A DNA stretch of 60,000 bases from NCBI GenBank assembly GCA_028534125.1, contig CM052818.1:48672001-48732000 (forward strand). The letters run 5' to 3'. A program made the translations under genes and the position numbers. A model generated the notes under the pieces. The model ran no database searches. It worked only from the letters and a program-made list of their open reading frames with translations, and was not told the origin of the DNA. The number at the start of each line of letters is the position of its first letter. Within the stretch, counting starts at the first letter, position 1. Of this stretch, positions 1-12,559 are shown one piece after another. This DNA comes from Lama glama. Its lineage: Eukaryota.

Positions 1-138
1 GTTGGAAAAACGATGTCCACAGGCTCGCCCCACGCAGAGTTGCTGCAAACCTTCAATTTGTGACAAAACAAAATGTCCTGGAAAAGCAATAAACTCAAAT
101 CAATAAAGCGAAGCCTCATAAAACGAGGAACGTCCGTG
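1..138 (+). mobile_element. Tigger2/MER8-like TcMar DNA transposon, 3' terminal fragment
   Basis: gttggaaaaa...aaaccttcaatttgt...caataaagcgaagc...ataaaacgagg resembles the right end of Tigger2-family consensus; truncated by the window edge. Confidence 0.7.
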
Positions 139-1656
139 CTGACTTTTCCTTCTTTCTAGACCAGCAGAAGGTTCTACTTCATTTAATGGCAACACAGGTA
201 AGTCAGTCACCTGGTCAGTTGGAAACCAGGCGATCTCTCAGCTCTGGGATGTGTGCACACCCTTTCCTGACCAGCCTTCGAACTGCCCTCCTCTCCTTTC
301 CACCCCTTCCAACAGATTTTCAGTCTTCTCTCCTTGAAGGTGAAGTACGCTCTTGCCCAGAGTCAGTCCCCTTTCTAATCTGTCCCCACAGAACATAGGA
401 AGCACCCCTCCGCACCCTCTGGCTTCCCCCGGCCAGCAGAACAGAGCTCACCATCTGCAGCGCAGCCACGGACCATGCAGTCCACCTGCTCCCTTCCGGG
501 CGGCAGGACCCCCTCCCACCTGTGCATCCACTCGTATCCATGGATGTGCTTCCTGGTGGTGCACAAGCTCCCCTCCCTCTCTCTGAAATGTTCCTTCCCT
601 TTTGTTTGCCTGGAAGAATCCTGCTCATCCTTTTACCAGTCACCTCCGATGTCACCGCCTTCAGGAGTCTCTGTAGAGACGGTTTGAACTTGTCTCCAAT
701 CATTAGAATAGGACGGAAACGCAGGTGTGAGAACACGTCGGCACCTTTCACACCAGCTGAAGCCGTGATCTGAGCCGCGGTCTGTCCTGAGACTGAGGTC
801 GCTCCAGAGGTTCCTGCTACAGCAGAAGCCCAGCGTCCCTGCTCCTTCCTTCAGCCACGACCCCTTATTTCTCTGCTCATGACCTTTTATTACTTGCTTT
901 TTACTTTCTTCTTCTTGCCTGACTGGTTGGTAAATTAATCAAAGTAAGAAAAACAGACAATTTCAACTACTGAAGATAATTATGTTTCCAGGGAATTTGT
1001 TTCATACGTAGAGGGGAAAAGTAGTAACGGCCCAGAGTGTTCTATATGAATGAGTTCCCCCGGAGGGCGGCAGCTGTGAAACGCACGTGGTGTCTGAGTT
1101 CAGACGGAAGCGGAGGATGCTACCCGGTGTGGCCTGGGGGAGCGTTTGTGTCCAGGACAGGGGGTCCATCAGGCGCTCTGCACCCAAGTCTGACGGAGAG
1201 AAAAGTCAGTCCCTTGCGGAAGGGAGAAGCAGGTCTGGAGTCGGGCACCAGAAAGTCAGCTTTTCAAACTACTTCCCCCTGCAAGTAGCTGGGGAATTTG
1301 ACGCGCTTTTACAAAATGGAAAAAAGAAGATTTGGCTTGCCCCACTCATGAGAAGAGCCCGACAGTGCAGACACCGTTGAAGGGTGCAGTCAGCAAACAT
1401 GGGTCTTGCTAATCAAAGGTGTCTTGCTTTGATGTGAAGGCGTTGCAAACATCTTAACAAGGTTTATCAAGAAAAGGAGAAAAGGCCCCGTTTATTTCCA
1501 TGATAGAAATTATTTGGCTTAAACTGTACACTGCTCCATTTTAAGGGTAAATGAGAATATGGAGACAGGAGTGGGCTGTGCTGCGTACTGGGTGGGGGGG
1601 CACATGTCGCCTCCTCAGTCTCTGACTCTTTATGTGAAACCCCTCGTCCCTGGATT

Positions 1657-2179
1657 TGTAACAAAGGAGAACACATCTGACTGCATATTGGATCTGCTCC
1701 TTTAGTTCTGACCACTGTGCCCTGTTTTCCTGGCGCAGCCTTGCCAGCGCTGCACCTATAGAAAAACAATGTTGCCTTTAGCCTGAAGTCTACAGGAGCG
1801 CCTCTTCCCCGCGCGCTGACCTCCAAGGATGTCAGCGCTTCTGCACTTAGTGGAGACGGCAAGTTGCAAAACAGAGAATAACCTTTGTTTTGTTGGAGGT
1901 TTACAGGGACACCATGGCCTGGCCCACATGGATGGCTGCAAGGACAAAGAATTCTTGCAGCAGGAAATTTGCAACCACCAGCCACACCCCGTCCCCTGTT
2001 TTTTGTGTAAAAAGAGCCTGTATTCTGACTGGAGCAGGATGATTCTCCAAGACATTCGTCTGCCGCCCTCTTGGCCTGCCGGCTTTCCGAGTAAGGTCGC
2101 TTTTCCTTGCCGCAACACCTCATCTCCCGATTTATTGGCCTGTCTTGCAGCGAGCAGAACGAGTTTGGACTCGGCAATA
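1657..2179 (+). mobile_element. Solo ERV1-class LTR (laurasiatherian type)
   Basis: Begins TGTAACA (tgtaacaaaggagaacacatctgactgcatattggatctg) and ends with a typical U5 tail (ttattggcctgtc...gagtttggactcggcaata); about 520 bp; no clean TSD. Confidence 0.7.
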
Positions 2180-2369
2180 AACTGGATTACAAAACATCAC
2201 CAGGGCGTGAACCATGAGTTTGGTAATACTTTCAAAAGCGTCCCCGGAGTGACTCGGAAGCACTTCCCTGGGACCTGGAGGCTGAGTCAGCCGCGCGTAC
2301 AGGGACACTCGCAGTCGCTCCAGTCTGTAAAAGAGACACTTCGGAAAGTGTCATTTCCTCTGCGGCCAT

Positions 2370-2900
2370 CCTCAGCCTGACTGACGCTTAACCTCTGCAG
2401 CGGTGACGCCCCATGGCAACATCCGCACCCTCGCCCCGCGACCCTGCCTCCCCGGGGGCACGGGGCGGGACAGCTGGCCGGGGCTGGGTGGTCACGGCCC
2501 AAGAATTCCCCGCGGCAGCTGTCGGCCGCATACCCCGCGTGCCACCGCCGCCCCCGCGGCAACTGCGGGGCGTGGCCGTGATGCCAGCGGCCCCCGCTCG
2601 GCTCGGCCCCCAGGCCCGCCCCCCGGCAGCCCGGCGTGTGTCCAGGTGTCGCGCGGAGGGGCCGGCACAGGTGCAGGCGCAGGAAGTGAGGAGGCGGCTC
2701 GCTCGTGGGGGCGTGGGCGGCCCCAGGCGCCGTCAGCGCGAAGAGGCGGAGACTGCGCTTCAGAAACAGCCCCCTCTCCCCGTGACGCCTGCTGACAGTC
2801 ATTCCTGCGACACGGAGCAGCGCATGCGCCCTGTCTAGGGGCGGTGTGTGCAAGTGAGTTGTGCAGAGCTGCGCTGTTTTCTCTGCCGTCAGCGACTTTG
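2370..2900. promoter_or_regulatory. CpG island / probable promoter
   Basis: Very high GC and CpG density. Motifs: NRF1 GCGCATGCGC 2820-2829, ETS CAGGAAGTG 2680-2688, RFX half X-box CCATGGCAAC 2411-2420, five TGACG/CGTCA CRE half-sites (2382, 2404, 2731, 2783, 2887) and GC boxes. Confidence 0.8.
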
Positions 2901-3090
2901 GGGAAGGCACTTCACGTCTCCCAGCCTCCATCTCCTCCAAGACACAGAAGCCAAATAAGTGCCTCCCTACCATGAAGGGCCAGGAGAACGTTCTGTCCCG
3001 CAGTGCAGGATGCTGCGTGTCTGACAGCACGTGCGCTGTTACCCAGCTGGGCCACACCGGGGTCCTAACATCCTTCTCTTCTGATCTAGG
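2893..3090 (+). other. Candidate 5' exon of an unidentified, probably non-coding, transcript
   Basis: Directly downstream of the CpG island, preceded by pyrimidine-rich ...gtcag and followed by donor-like AGG|gtaggt at 3091. An alternative donor CAA|gtgagt lies at about 2854. An ATG in accATGa context at 2972 gives no recognisable protein. Confidence 0.25.
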
Positions 3091-3319
3091 GTAGGTTTTT
3101 GTGAGCAACTGATTGAGTGGCTGAAAAGGGGGCATTTTGTGAAGTTTATTACACTGGTGTTAAATTTCAGACCATGAAACGTTCACTGACTGTTGCTTTG
3201 TTTACTTTAACAGGGACTCCTTCTCATAAGCTTATGCCCAGCCTGTAGATACCAGTTTACATTTTTTTAAAATTTATTTTTATTTTACTTTTCTTTAAAT
3301 ACTAACAAGGAATTTTTTT

Positions 3320-3705
3320 CTGTTTTTTGAATTGCAATAAAATCCGCATAACATACTTTACCATCTTAACCACTGCTAAGTGTACAGTTAAGTAGCATGA
3401 CGTATTTTCACAATGTTGTGCAACCATCACCACTGTCCATCCACAGAAGTCTTCTTATCTTGCAAAAATAAAACTATATCCATTAAAAAATAACTCCCCT
3501 TTTCTGTCTTCACCCAGGCCCTGGCAACCAGCATTCTGCTTTCTGTCTTTATGAAGTCGACCCCTCTAAGTATCTCATAAGTGGAATCATATCATGGGTC
3601 CTTTTGTGATCCTCAAGTTTCATCCATGTCATAGCCTGTGTTGGAATTTCCCTCCTTAAGGCTGAATCACAGGCTTCCGTGTGTATGTACCACCTTTTGT
3701 GTATT
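3320..3705 (-). mobile_element. L1 (L1MA/MB-type) 3' UTR fragment
   Basis: Antisense L1 3' end text (ttgtgcaaccatcaccact...ccctggcaacca...ataagtggaatcatatca). Confidence 0.8.
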
Positions 3706-4279
3706 ACCAACAATTACGTTCTTAAGCCTCTGTTTTTAGAGAGAGAAACGAGACGTTCTCTAGTCAGTGAGAGCATGGGGGGTGAGTGGTTTCGGAATAC
3801 AGCAGTAGCTGAGCTACGTGATAATGGTGTCTTTACAAAATAATTACTGTTCCGTTGTGCCAAGGCCAGTTTCACAACATTTTTCTTTCTCTGACATAAA
3901 TGTGCAAATATGTAACTCTGTGCACACATACTTTACTCCCACACATCTCTTTTTCTCTCATTTCATTCTTGCTCTTTTCAGGACAAAGACAGATTTTACT
4001 TTCATATGAAGGGCATAGTTCCTTTGTCACTTAGAGGCTAGACACTTTAAAGTGACTTGCACCTGCTGTAGGTTGTAGGTGTTTATGGCCAATGCAGCAC
4101 TTTATCTGCTTCTCCTTCTCCTGTTCTCACATCCTGTATCCTCCCCTCCCCGAATCCTACTTCTGCCTGACTTCTTTGAATCATCCATGGAACATAGCCA
4201 TGTATATCATCACCAGGTCCAAAGCTAAATATTTCCGTGTTTCTATATCTCATGCCCTTTTTGTAATATTAATGTTACT

Positions 4280-4400
4280 GCTCCCACTTCACAGATGATA
4301 AAACTGAGGCTCAGAAGGTTTATGTAACTGCCTGCAGCCAAACATCTGTCTGTGTGAGAGTCAAGATCTAGACTAAGTGCACCTGAAACTAAAACCCAGG
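4280..4400 (-). mobile_element. MIR SINE fragment
   Basis: MIR core cccacttcacagatgataaaactgaggctcaga. Confidence 0.65.
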
Positions 4401-4801
4401 TTTTTCCCTGCACAGGGTGTTGCTGATACCACTTTCTTAAGTCTTGACTTTTACTTTTTCTTGGACTTGAATGTGTGTTCTACCATTTCAAAAAAAAAAA
4501 TACAAGCTGCTGAAGAACACAGCCCATGACTCTGCATCCAATATTCTGTGCATAGTATTTATTATTAATAATAACTGAATAAAATCAGAGAAGTGTTTAA
4601 AGTCAAAATACCAGGAAGAGCAAGCTAAATCCAAAGGAAGCAGAAGAAAAGGAATACCAAAAAAATTAGAGCAGAAATCAATGAAACAGAAAACAGGAAA
4701 TCAATAAAGAAAATCTGCAAAACCAAAAGCTGGTTCTTTGAAAAGATCAGTAAAATCAGTAAGCCTCTAGCCCAGCTAACTGAAAAAAAAAAGAGAAAAC
4801 A

Positions 4802-5494
4802 CAGATCAAAAATAGCAGAAACAACCTGAATGTCCATTGACAGAGGACAGGATAAAGAAGTTGTAGTGTATGTATACAAAGGAATACTACTCAGCCATAA
4901 AAAAGAATAAAATAGTATCATTTGCAGCAACATGGATGGAACTGGAGCTCATCATTCCTAAGTGAAGTATTATTTATATGTGGAATCTAAAAAAAAAAAG
5001 ACAAATGAACTTATTTACAAAAGAAAAACAGACTCACAAAGAAAACAAACATGTTTACCACTGGGGAAAGAGGGAGGGAAGGGATAAATTGGGAGTTTGA
5101 GATTTGCAGATACTAACTACTATATATAAAATAGATAAACAACACATTTCTTTTGTATTGCACAGGGAACTCTACTCAATATCTTGCAGTAACCTATAAT
5201 GAAAAAGAATATGAACAAGATGATACTGTATAGCATAGGGAAATATACACAAGATCTTATGGTAGCTCACAGAGAAAAAAATGTGACAATGAATATATAT
5301 ATGTTCATGTATAACTGAAAAATTGTGCTCTACACTGGAATTTGACACAACATTGTAAAATTATTATAAATCAATAAAAATGTTAAAAAAAGAAAAAGAA
5401 TATGAAAATCAATATATGTATGTATGCATGTGACTGAAACATTATTCTGTACACCAGAAGTTGACACAACATTGTAAACTGACTACACTTCATT
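4802..5494 (+). mobile_element. 5'-truncated artiodactyl/camelid L1 3' end (middle layer of the nest)
   Basis: ORF2 C-terminus and 3' UTR (ggaatactactcagccataaaaaagaat...gacacaacattgtaaactgactac), flanked by TSD aaaaaaagagaaaaca at 4786-4801 and 5495-5510. Confidence 0.8.
5216..5391 (+). mobile_element. Young camelid L1 3' end (inner layer of the nest)
   Basis: Closely similar to 53115-53287; 15-bp TSD gaaaaagaatatgaa at 5201-5215 and 5392-5406. Confidence 0.85.
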
Positions 5495-7394
5495 AAAAAA
5501 AGAGAAAACAAATCAGAAATAAAAGAGAGAACAACACTGCAGACCCCATGGAATAAAGGAATGTTACAAACAACTCTGTGCCCCCAAATTTGAGAACCTA
5601 GATGAGATCCACCAATTCCTTGAAGACACAATCTGTTAAACTCACACAAGAAGAAACAGATGATCTATATAGGCTTTATCTGTTACAGAAATTGGATAAA
5701 GAATGAACAACCTCGCAGAACAGAAAGCACCAGGCCCGGGTGGCTTCACTGGTGAAGTCTACCATCCAGGAATGCGCGACAGAGCCTCTGCAGTCTAGGG
5801 TGTCTCTTTAGCAGCTGTCGTCGGTGTGTGAGCTGTTGATGGGAAACTTCATTTGAAGGCTCATTTCCGTCTTCAGATCTGAGGAAGTTCCTTCTGCTGC
5901 TTCTCTTATTTTTGTTATTTCCTCCATTTTAGTGTCTTTACTTTTTTCTGGAATTTTTATCAGTTCCATGTTGGTCCTCTGGCACTGGTCTTGTCTGTTT
6001 TCTGGTATGTTTTAAATCCCATTCTAAGGTCTGGGAGGTTTTTAAAAAATTATTTCCAATTCTTTTATTGTAAATGTGAAGTGTAACAGTGGCCATGTGC
6101 TCAACCTCTAAAAGACCTGCTCTCTGCTCCCCTCACCCCCACAGCATCCTGTCTCCCATAGGCTGTCTCTGGAAACAAAGTGTTGGTCTTCTCTGAAAGC
6201 CAACAAGGAAATGAGAGTGTCCGTCCTAGGACAGCAAGGAACTAAATTCACCAACGACTTGAATGAGACTGAGATATTGCAGAAGGATGAGTGTGTCCAG
6301 TGGTGTGGTTGAGTCATTTGTACACTCTTGTTTTCAGTCTGATTTCTAAATGCCAACTGCTGTGCTGTTTACGGATTCTGAACACAGATACTTTCTGCAT
6401 TTCAATAGCTAGGTTGCTTTTCCATTTTTTTAAAAAGAATTTGAATCACATATCTCTTTACTTTTTTCATCTTCCCATCCTCTCCCATCCTATTCCCTTC
6501 CAGAAATTTGTGGAAATCTCTCAACTTGTTGTTTATTACTTATCCCAAATCTTTTTTTTTTCCTTCTAAGCTTTTATTTCAGTGGAAGTCTTTGGAGTGT
6601 GGAGAACAAATATTTATGCTTATTACTCAATTCTGAACTGGAGCTGCCTGATTAATCATTCTAAGAAACTGATTTTCACACTGATAGCCTTTATACTCAT
6701 TCTTCCTTGGTTTTTTTGTTTGCCTGCCATGAAGGCAATGCTGTTAGACAAAAATATGAATTAGTTCCTGCCTTGTAAATATGAAGACAAACTTTGCATA
6801 GAAAGAGTAATGAGGTGAGACTTTTAATGGGCTTTGGAAAAGCCTCACTTACATTTGTCTTTTATCTTAAGCAGTTATTCGGGCTATGGAAGAAACATAG
6901 ATTTTGATATACAGCTTTTCCGTGTAGCCCTGAGTAAATCGTTTAACCTCGTAGCGTCCAGGCTCAAGTCAATACAATTATTCTTTTCGATGTCACAAGA
7001 TCACTGTAAGAAAACACAGCCAAGCGCATGATACCTGGCAAGCGCTTAATACATTCGCTCTACGTGGATTCGTATGTACGCAACAGGGCACTGAAAGAAT
7101 AATGGGGAGCCAGATCTCTTTAAGAGGTGCATTCGAGTAGATGAGATGTGTAAGTAAATAGTCCATTTCATTACAGTGTTAGTTACCTTCTACCACTCCC
7201 CCTGTTCCACCCCCATCACCCCTGGTGATGCAGCCGGGGCCACAGGAGAGCTCCACATGCTGACGTGAGAGAGGCTGAGAAGGACTCTGGTGGAGCATGT
7301 GGAGCTAAGATCAGAAAAGTATAAAGGATGAAGGTAAGGCAGGAGTGACAGAGACCCTTGAATACCTAATTAGAATGATTCAAATAGAAAATTT

Positions 7395-7692
7395 GGGCTG
7401 CTATAACGAAATACCTTCACTGGGTGGCTTATTTCTCACAGTTCTGGGGGCTAAGTCCAAGATCGTGGCATCAGCAAGTTTGGAATCTGGTGAGGGGCCC
7501 CTTCCTGGTTCATAGGTGGCCAGTTGTTCCCTGTGTCCCCACATGGTGGAAGGGGCAAGGGAGTGCTCTGGGGTCTCCTTTATTGGACATTAGCCCCATC
7601 ATGAGGGCTCTACCCTCATGACCTAAAGGTCCCACCTCCAAAAACCATCTCCTTGGGAGTTAGAATTAAAACATTTGAATTTTGAGGGAACA
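7395..7692 (-). mobile_element. MaLR LTR (MLT1A-like)
   Basis: gggctgctataac...tttctcacagttctgg...aagtccaagatc...ccctcatgacct...tgaattttgaggga. Confidence 0.8.
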
Positions 7693-10119
7693 GCCTATGA
7701 TAATCACCAAATAGAGCAGGTTTAAGACTCTGTGTTCAAAGAAAGCGTGTTTAAATTGTAAACAGTTTCCCGTGAGTGTTGTGGGAAGACCACCAGACCA
7801 AGAGCTTAGTGTTTCAGGATCCACGTTAGCCGTGTTGCTAGTTGGTGCTTTGGCTCTGAGAAGTGTCCCTGAACACCTGCGTCTGTCTGCATGACAAGGG
7901 TTAGGGACGGAGTCTTCTTTCTAGATATAACGTCTCCTCGTAAAAAATTATGACATTTTCTCTTTGATGGAGTAAGAAACGAGGTACACATCTTAGGTGT
8001 AAACATGCTGCATATATCAAGACAATAAAATATATATAAAGTTTACAGTTAGGTTAAAGAGACACCAAGAAAGTGTTAAAACAATTTTAGAAAGGCAAGT
8101 ATAAAAATGGATGGGATTCGTACAACTCTAAATAAATCAAGCCCGACTTTTGAAAGAACTGCCAGTTAATCAGTCCAATAACGTTCAGATCCGTGCTTTT
8201 ATAGAATTAGGCTTATGAGAAAATAACTATAATCCGTGGAGAATAATGGTTTTATTTCAACCTCGCCAATCAGATGCACAATTTACAGGCATAAAGACAC
8301 CAACACAAACGTAGTATAAATATCCACTGTGATAATAAAAGCTATTTATTAAAAATTTAGTCTAACATTTCTCATGAGAAGTAAAACTATTCCAGTGCTT
8401 TGTAAAAACTGACTCCATAGGGGTCTTGATAAAATAGCAAATGAGTTTCTTAATGTTATGAGCTTTTGAAAACAATCCATGCAAGAGAGCTGTATTGTGT
8501 TTCGGCAAGACAGTTGGTTCAGATGCCCCTCACTGATGAAGGCAGAGGACCTAATTTGGGATTCATCAGTTTTCCTTTTCAGAATTTCAGTAAAGCCATA
8601 TGAGATATTTGATTTGTGTTTGAGCAGGCCTGGCTTCCCAGTGCAGGTCATGGGTCTCAGAGCATTTTGAAAGGATGGACCATTGCTGCCTTGTTCCAGG
8701 AAGAACTATTCCAGAAAAGCCAGAGGAAGTCAGCGAGGCTGCTGTCACAACACAGATCAGACTGTGTCTCATGCATTGTGGGAGCTCAATAAATGCCTGT
8801 GGATATAAAGTCCAAATTGGTGGGACTTGATTTTTCTGAGGCGGTGGTAGAAGAACCTGGACTTGAGCCTAAAGATGGGTCTTTACCCCATAATGAAGCA
8901 TATCATTTCTGAGACTTAGGGCCTTCGGCTGCCCCCAGGTGTGATTGCTTGACTGGGACTTAGTCAAATAAGAACCACGACAGTAATGATGCATAGAATA
9001 GTTAAGTTTCAAATCAGACAAAAGGATGCTTCAAGGATCCATAAACTTCAAAGGGACAAGTAGACACTGGCTTTGATGGTCGTTTGGGATACTTTGTCTC
9101 CCTTGTTATGAAAAATTATAATGAATCCATCTTTCCTTTTCTGACCCTCTTCTTTCTCTAGCAGAGCTCTGTCCAGTTTTGTTTCTGTTTTTTTTTTAAA
9201 TCCTAGACATTTGCCTGAAATTGAAGCTTGCAGCTATCAATGATGCTGTCATTCAGTTTCCAAGCCCGTGAAAGTGATCCGCGTCCTCTCATAGCTCCCT
9301 CCATCTGCAGCCCCGACTCAGCGATTCTGCGAAAGTATCCTCACAAGTCACGGGGAAGCAGGAAGAGGAAGGATACCAGCCAAGCTGTGCCGGTTGTTCC
9401 CACGGCACAGCCAGCCTGCCAGCTCGGAATCCAGTACAATGGGAAAACTGGAACAGATTAGAAAAAGCAGAGGCCAGCGTTCCCAAGGATAAACCGAAGA
9501 GGCAACTCAGGGCACAGCCTAGCCGGTCCCCACCAGCTACCATGCAAGATCATTGAGCCCCGGCATGCGGCTGGACTCTGAGAAAAGGCTGAACAGTTTC
9601 ATTATTGGCCCGCACATCTGGACATTTACCACCCAGCAGGATAATCACATCTAAGGGAGAGGACCCATGGTTCTCCCTTCCGCCCCAGGCCCATCCTCCG
9701 TCTTTAGATCAAACCAGCCTTGCTCCCCCGCTGCCAGACCTGCTAACAGAAACCACACAGATGTGCTGGTGAGCCCCAATGATGGACTTTTAAACTTCCA
9801 GACTCAGTGTGGCCTTGGGTGGCTTCAGCCAGCCTTAAACCGATCTCTTGTTAGTTTCACAGTCTCTAAAGGGGCTGTGCCAGTTTCAAGACTTCTTGTG
9901 ACAATAACTTCATCCCTGACCCTTCTGCCCTCAATACGGTCTTCTGTTGGTTTCGAGGATGATAGACATCACCACAGGGAACTCCTGTCCACACTGCCAC
10001 TGGTTTTCTCCTCCTCAAAATTCAGTAATAACGCCCTGCCTCTGCGTTGTGTGTTTTTGTCTTGCTGGAAATTATTCTCCACGTTAGCTGTACCAATTTA
10101 CCTTCCCAGCAGTAATACA

Positions 10120-10550
10120 TGAGAGTTCTCACTGATCATCCACATTTTTGGCCAGTTTGACAGTTTGATATGGTATCCCGTTGTTGAATTTTACATTTTG
10201 ACTTCTCATGAGGCAGAAAGTTTCCCCGTACCTTTTAGATATTCAAGTTTCCGCCCCCATTTGTATTTTTCTATTTTGGTTGTGTATCTATTTTGGCTTT
10301 TATTGGATTGTTTATCTAATTAGATTGTAATGCTACATATATTCTGGTTATTAATTTCCCCCATGCTTTGTGAGTTGCACATGCCTGTCCTCTGTCTGTG
10401 GCCTGTCTTTGAATTTTGTTTGCGATATTTTTCTCAGTTTTAGTATATATAGCCACACTTACCATTCTTTTTTTCATTTTGAGATTGCGTTTTTAAAGTC
10501 TTGTTTAGGAAAGACTTCCATATCCCAGTGGTCATAAAAGCATTCTCCTA
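10120..10550 (-). mobile_element. Old L1 fragment
   Basis: T-rich, degenerate antisense L1 ORF2 3' text (tggtatcccgttgtt...tatattctgg...tctgtggcctgtcttt). Confidence 0.55.
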
Positions 10551-11884
10551 GATTTAGCAGGGGGAAAAATACACCAAGTTTTGCTTTTCAAACTTTAAGA
10601 TTAGGCACTTAGAATGTGTGATTTTATAGATGCATAAATGACTGCTGCTGCATCTCCGCTCTGTGTGTGCACTTCAGTTAATTCATTCTGTCTCCCTTTG
10701 CAACTCTTCTATTCTCAGACCTTGGGGATACTTTTGTAGGTTCCCATCAGTTTCCATTTGCACCCCTCTTGTCTTTTCGTATGCGTCTCCGCTATCCTGA
10801 TGGCTCAACAAATCTGCCTCCAGGCTTGGTTCTGGTATCTCTTCTCCATGACACTCAAGACAACAGCACCCACCTCCCACTAGCTGAGTTCACTAGGATG
10901 CCATAAGGCACCTCAGGCTCAAAGGGACAGCTATGTTCCTCACCATGTTCGGTCCCTCAGTGAGTGATTTTCCAGATCCAATCTTGGGGTGAAAGATACA
11001 GAGGAAGGAGACTAGCAAGATGTCTTATTCTCCGTGGGACCCTGGACCACAGGTCAGTTCCGTAAGCAGTGCCTCATTTACTCTTACCTGTAACATGGGA
11101 ATAACAGCATCTCCCTCCTCCTGCTGCTGTCACGTTCAGCAAAACATATAAACTGTAAAGCTGTGTGTGTTAGAACAACACCTGTCACGTCTCCGGCGCC
11201 AAAGGAGGGTCAGCTAATTCATTTTTAATTCCTCCTGTATGCCAGCTAGACTATTCTTTATCCATTGGTCAGAGAGAATGAGACGATTTTATGCCATATA
11301 TGTAATATGGTCTTAAAGTTGTCAAGGTTCACATTGAAAAGACATCCCCCATCACGGCTATGCACACTTGGGGATTCAATTTCCAGAATCCTGGAATGCC
11401 TTGAAGAAACTGTCCCAGGGTTCATCCTATCGTGTGGGCGTCCTTACACAAAGCGATCTTCCCAGGAAGCCACCTCCACAGGTTCCCAGGAGGCACGGTC
11501 TCAGTCCCCTTTGCTCTCTTTCAGGCCAAGAGGCAGCGTGCGTCATGACGGGGAGGATGGCTGTGATCACACACGCCACACCGAAGGGCCCCCACACGTG
11601 CCAACTGCACCGTGACCCAGAGCCATGTTCTGGATGAGTGTTGTGATCGTTTCCCCAGCTGTTCCTATCAGGATAATTAATATAATTAACAATCAAGACT
11701 CTAATTATAGATGTTTAACAAGAGACATTTATAATCACCCCTCAAACCTGATCTAGATACATAGGAACCTACTGAGTGCTCCACACATAGCACGTCATTT
11801 AACTCTTACAGCAATGTTTCAAAGGTAGATATCAAATTTAGGAATAATTTAATTTAAAATTTAAGAGCCGAGATTGATTTACTG

Positions 11885-12288
11885 ATCCCCTGGGAAAACA
11901 ATGAACCATGAACTGGGTGGCTTAGTCACTTGAAATTTACCCCCATATTTCTGGAGGCTAGAAGTTTGAGATCTTAGAAATTTGAGACGGAAGTCTAGGT
12001 GGTTTGGGATCTTTCTGCGGGCTGTAAAGGAGAAGTCTGTTCCAATTTCTTGTAGACGGCCATCTTCTCCCTGTGTCTTCAAGTGGTCCTCCCTCTGTGC
12101 CTGTCTGTATCGGTGTCCAAATGTCCTCTTTCTGTGAGGACACGATCATATCGGATTCGGGCTCACCCCAACAACCTCATCTGAACCTGATCATCTGCAA
12201 AGACCTTATTTCTGAATAAGGCTACATTCTGAAGTACTGGAGGTCAGAACGTCAACATCTTTGAAGGTAACACAATTCAGTGCAATTA
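11885..12288 (-). mobile_element. MaLR LTR (MLT1C-like)
   Basis: aactgggtggctta...tctggaggctagaagt...catctgcaaagaccttattt...aataaggctacattctgaagtactgg. Confidence 0.8.
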
Positions 12289-12559
12289 TCCAGTGAGAAA
12301 GAGACAAAGCTGGACTTAAATGTAAAGCCATTTTCATCTGTGCCAGACTGTCCTGATCTCCTCCCACCTTGGGCCTGTCTCCCGCCCATCTACCTCTCGG
12401 AAGCCTCACTTGCCTTGTTGCTGTCCATTCTCTTGGTGGAGAGCCCTGCCCTCTTCTCTCCTGGGTCAGCATTTAAGCATGCTCAGATCTTCCTTGTCTC
12501 ACAAACCGTGTTGTGTTTCTGAGTCCCGTCTCTACTGGCAGCTATTATCCATCTCTCCT

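Larger units (their letters stand above)
4595..5765 (+). mobile_element. Older L1 ORF2 fragment interrupted by two nested younger L1 3' ends
   Basis: ORF2-like sequence (aaaaccaaaagctggttctttgaaaagatc) to about 4801, resuming at about 5510 (caccaggcccgggtggcttcactggtgaa). Confidence 0.85.

Noticed and set aside
1467..2380. 236-aa and 183-aa ORFs
   Set aside because: They lie mostly within a solo LTR and show no gag/pol/env similarity
2287..3135. Long ORFs over the CpG island (282 aa minus; 141 aa and 130 aa plus)
   Set aside because: Pro/Arg/Ala/Gly-rich, stop-poor reading frames typical of GC-rich DNA; no recognisable domain
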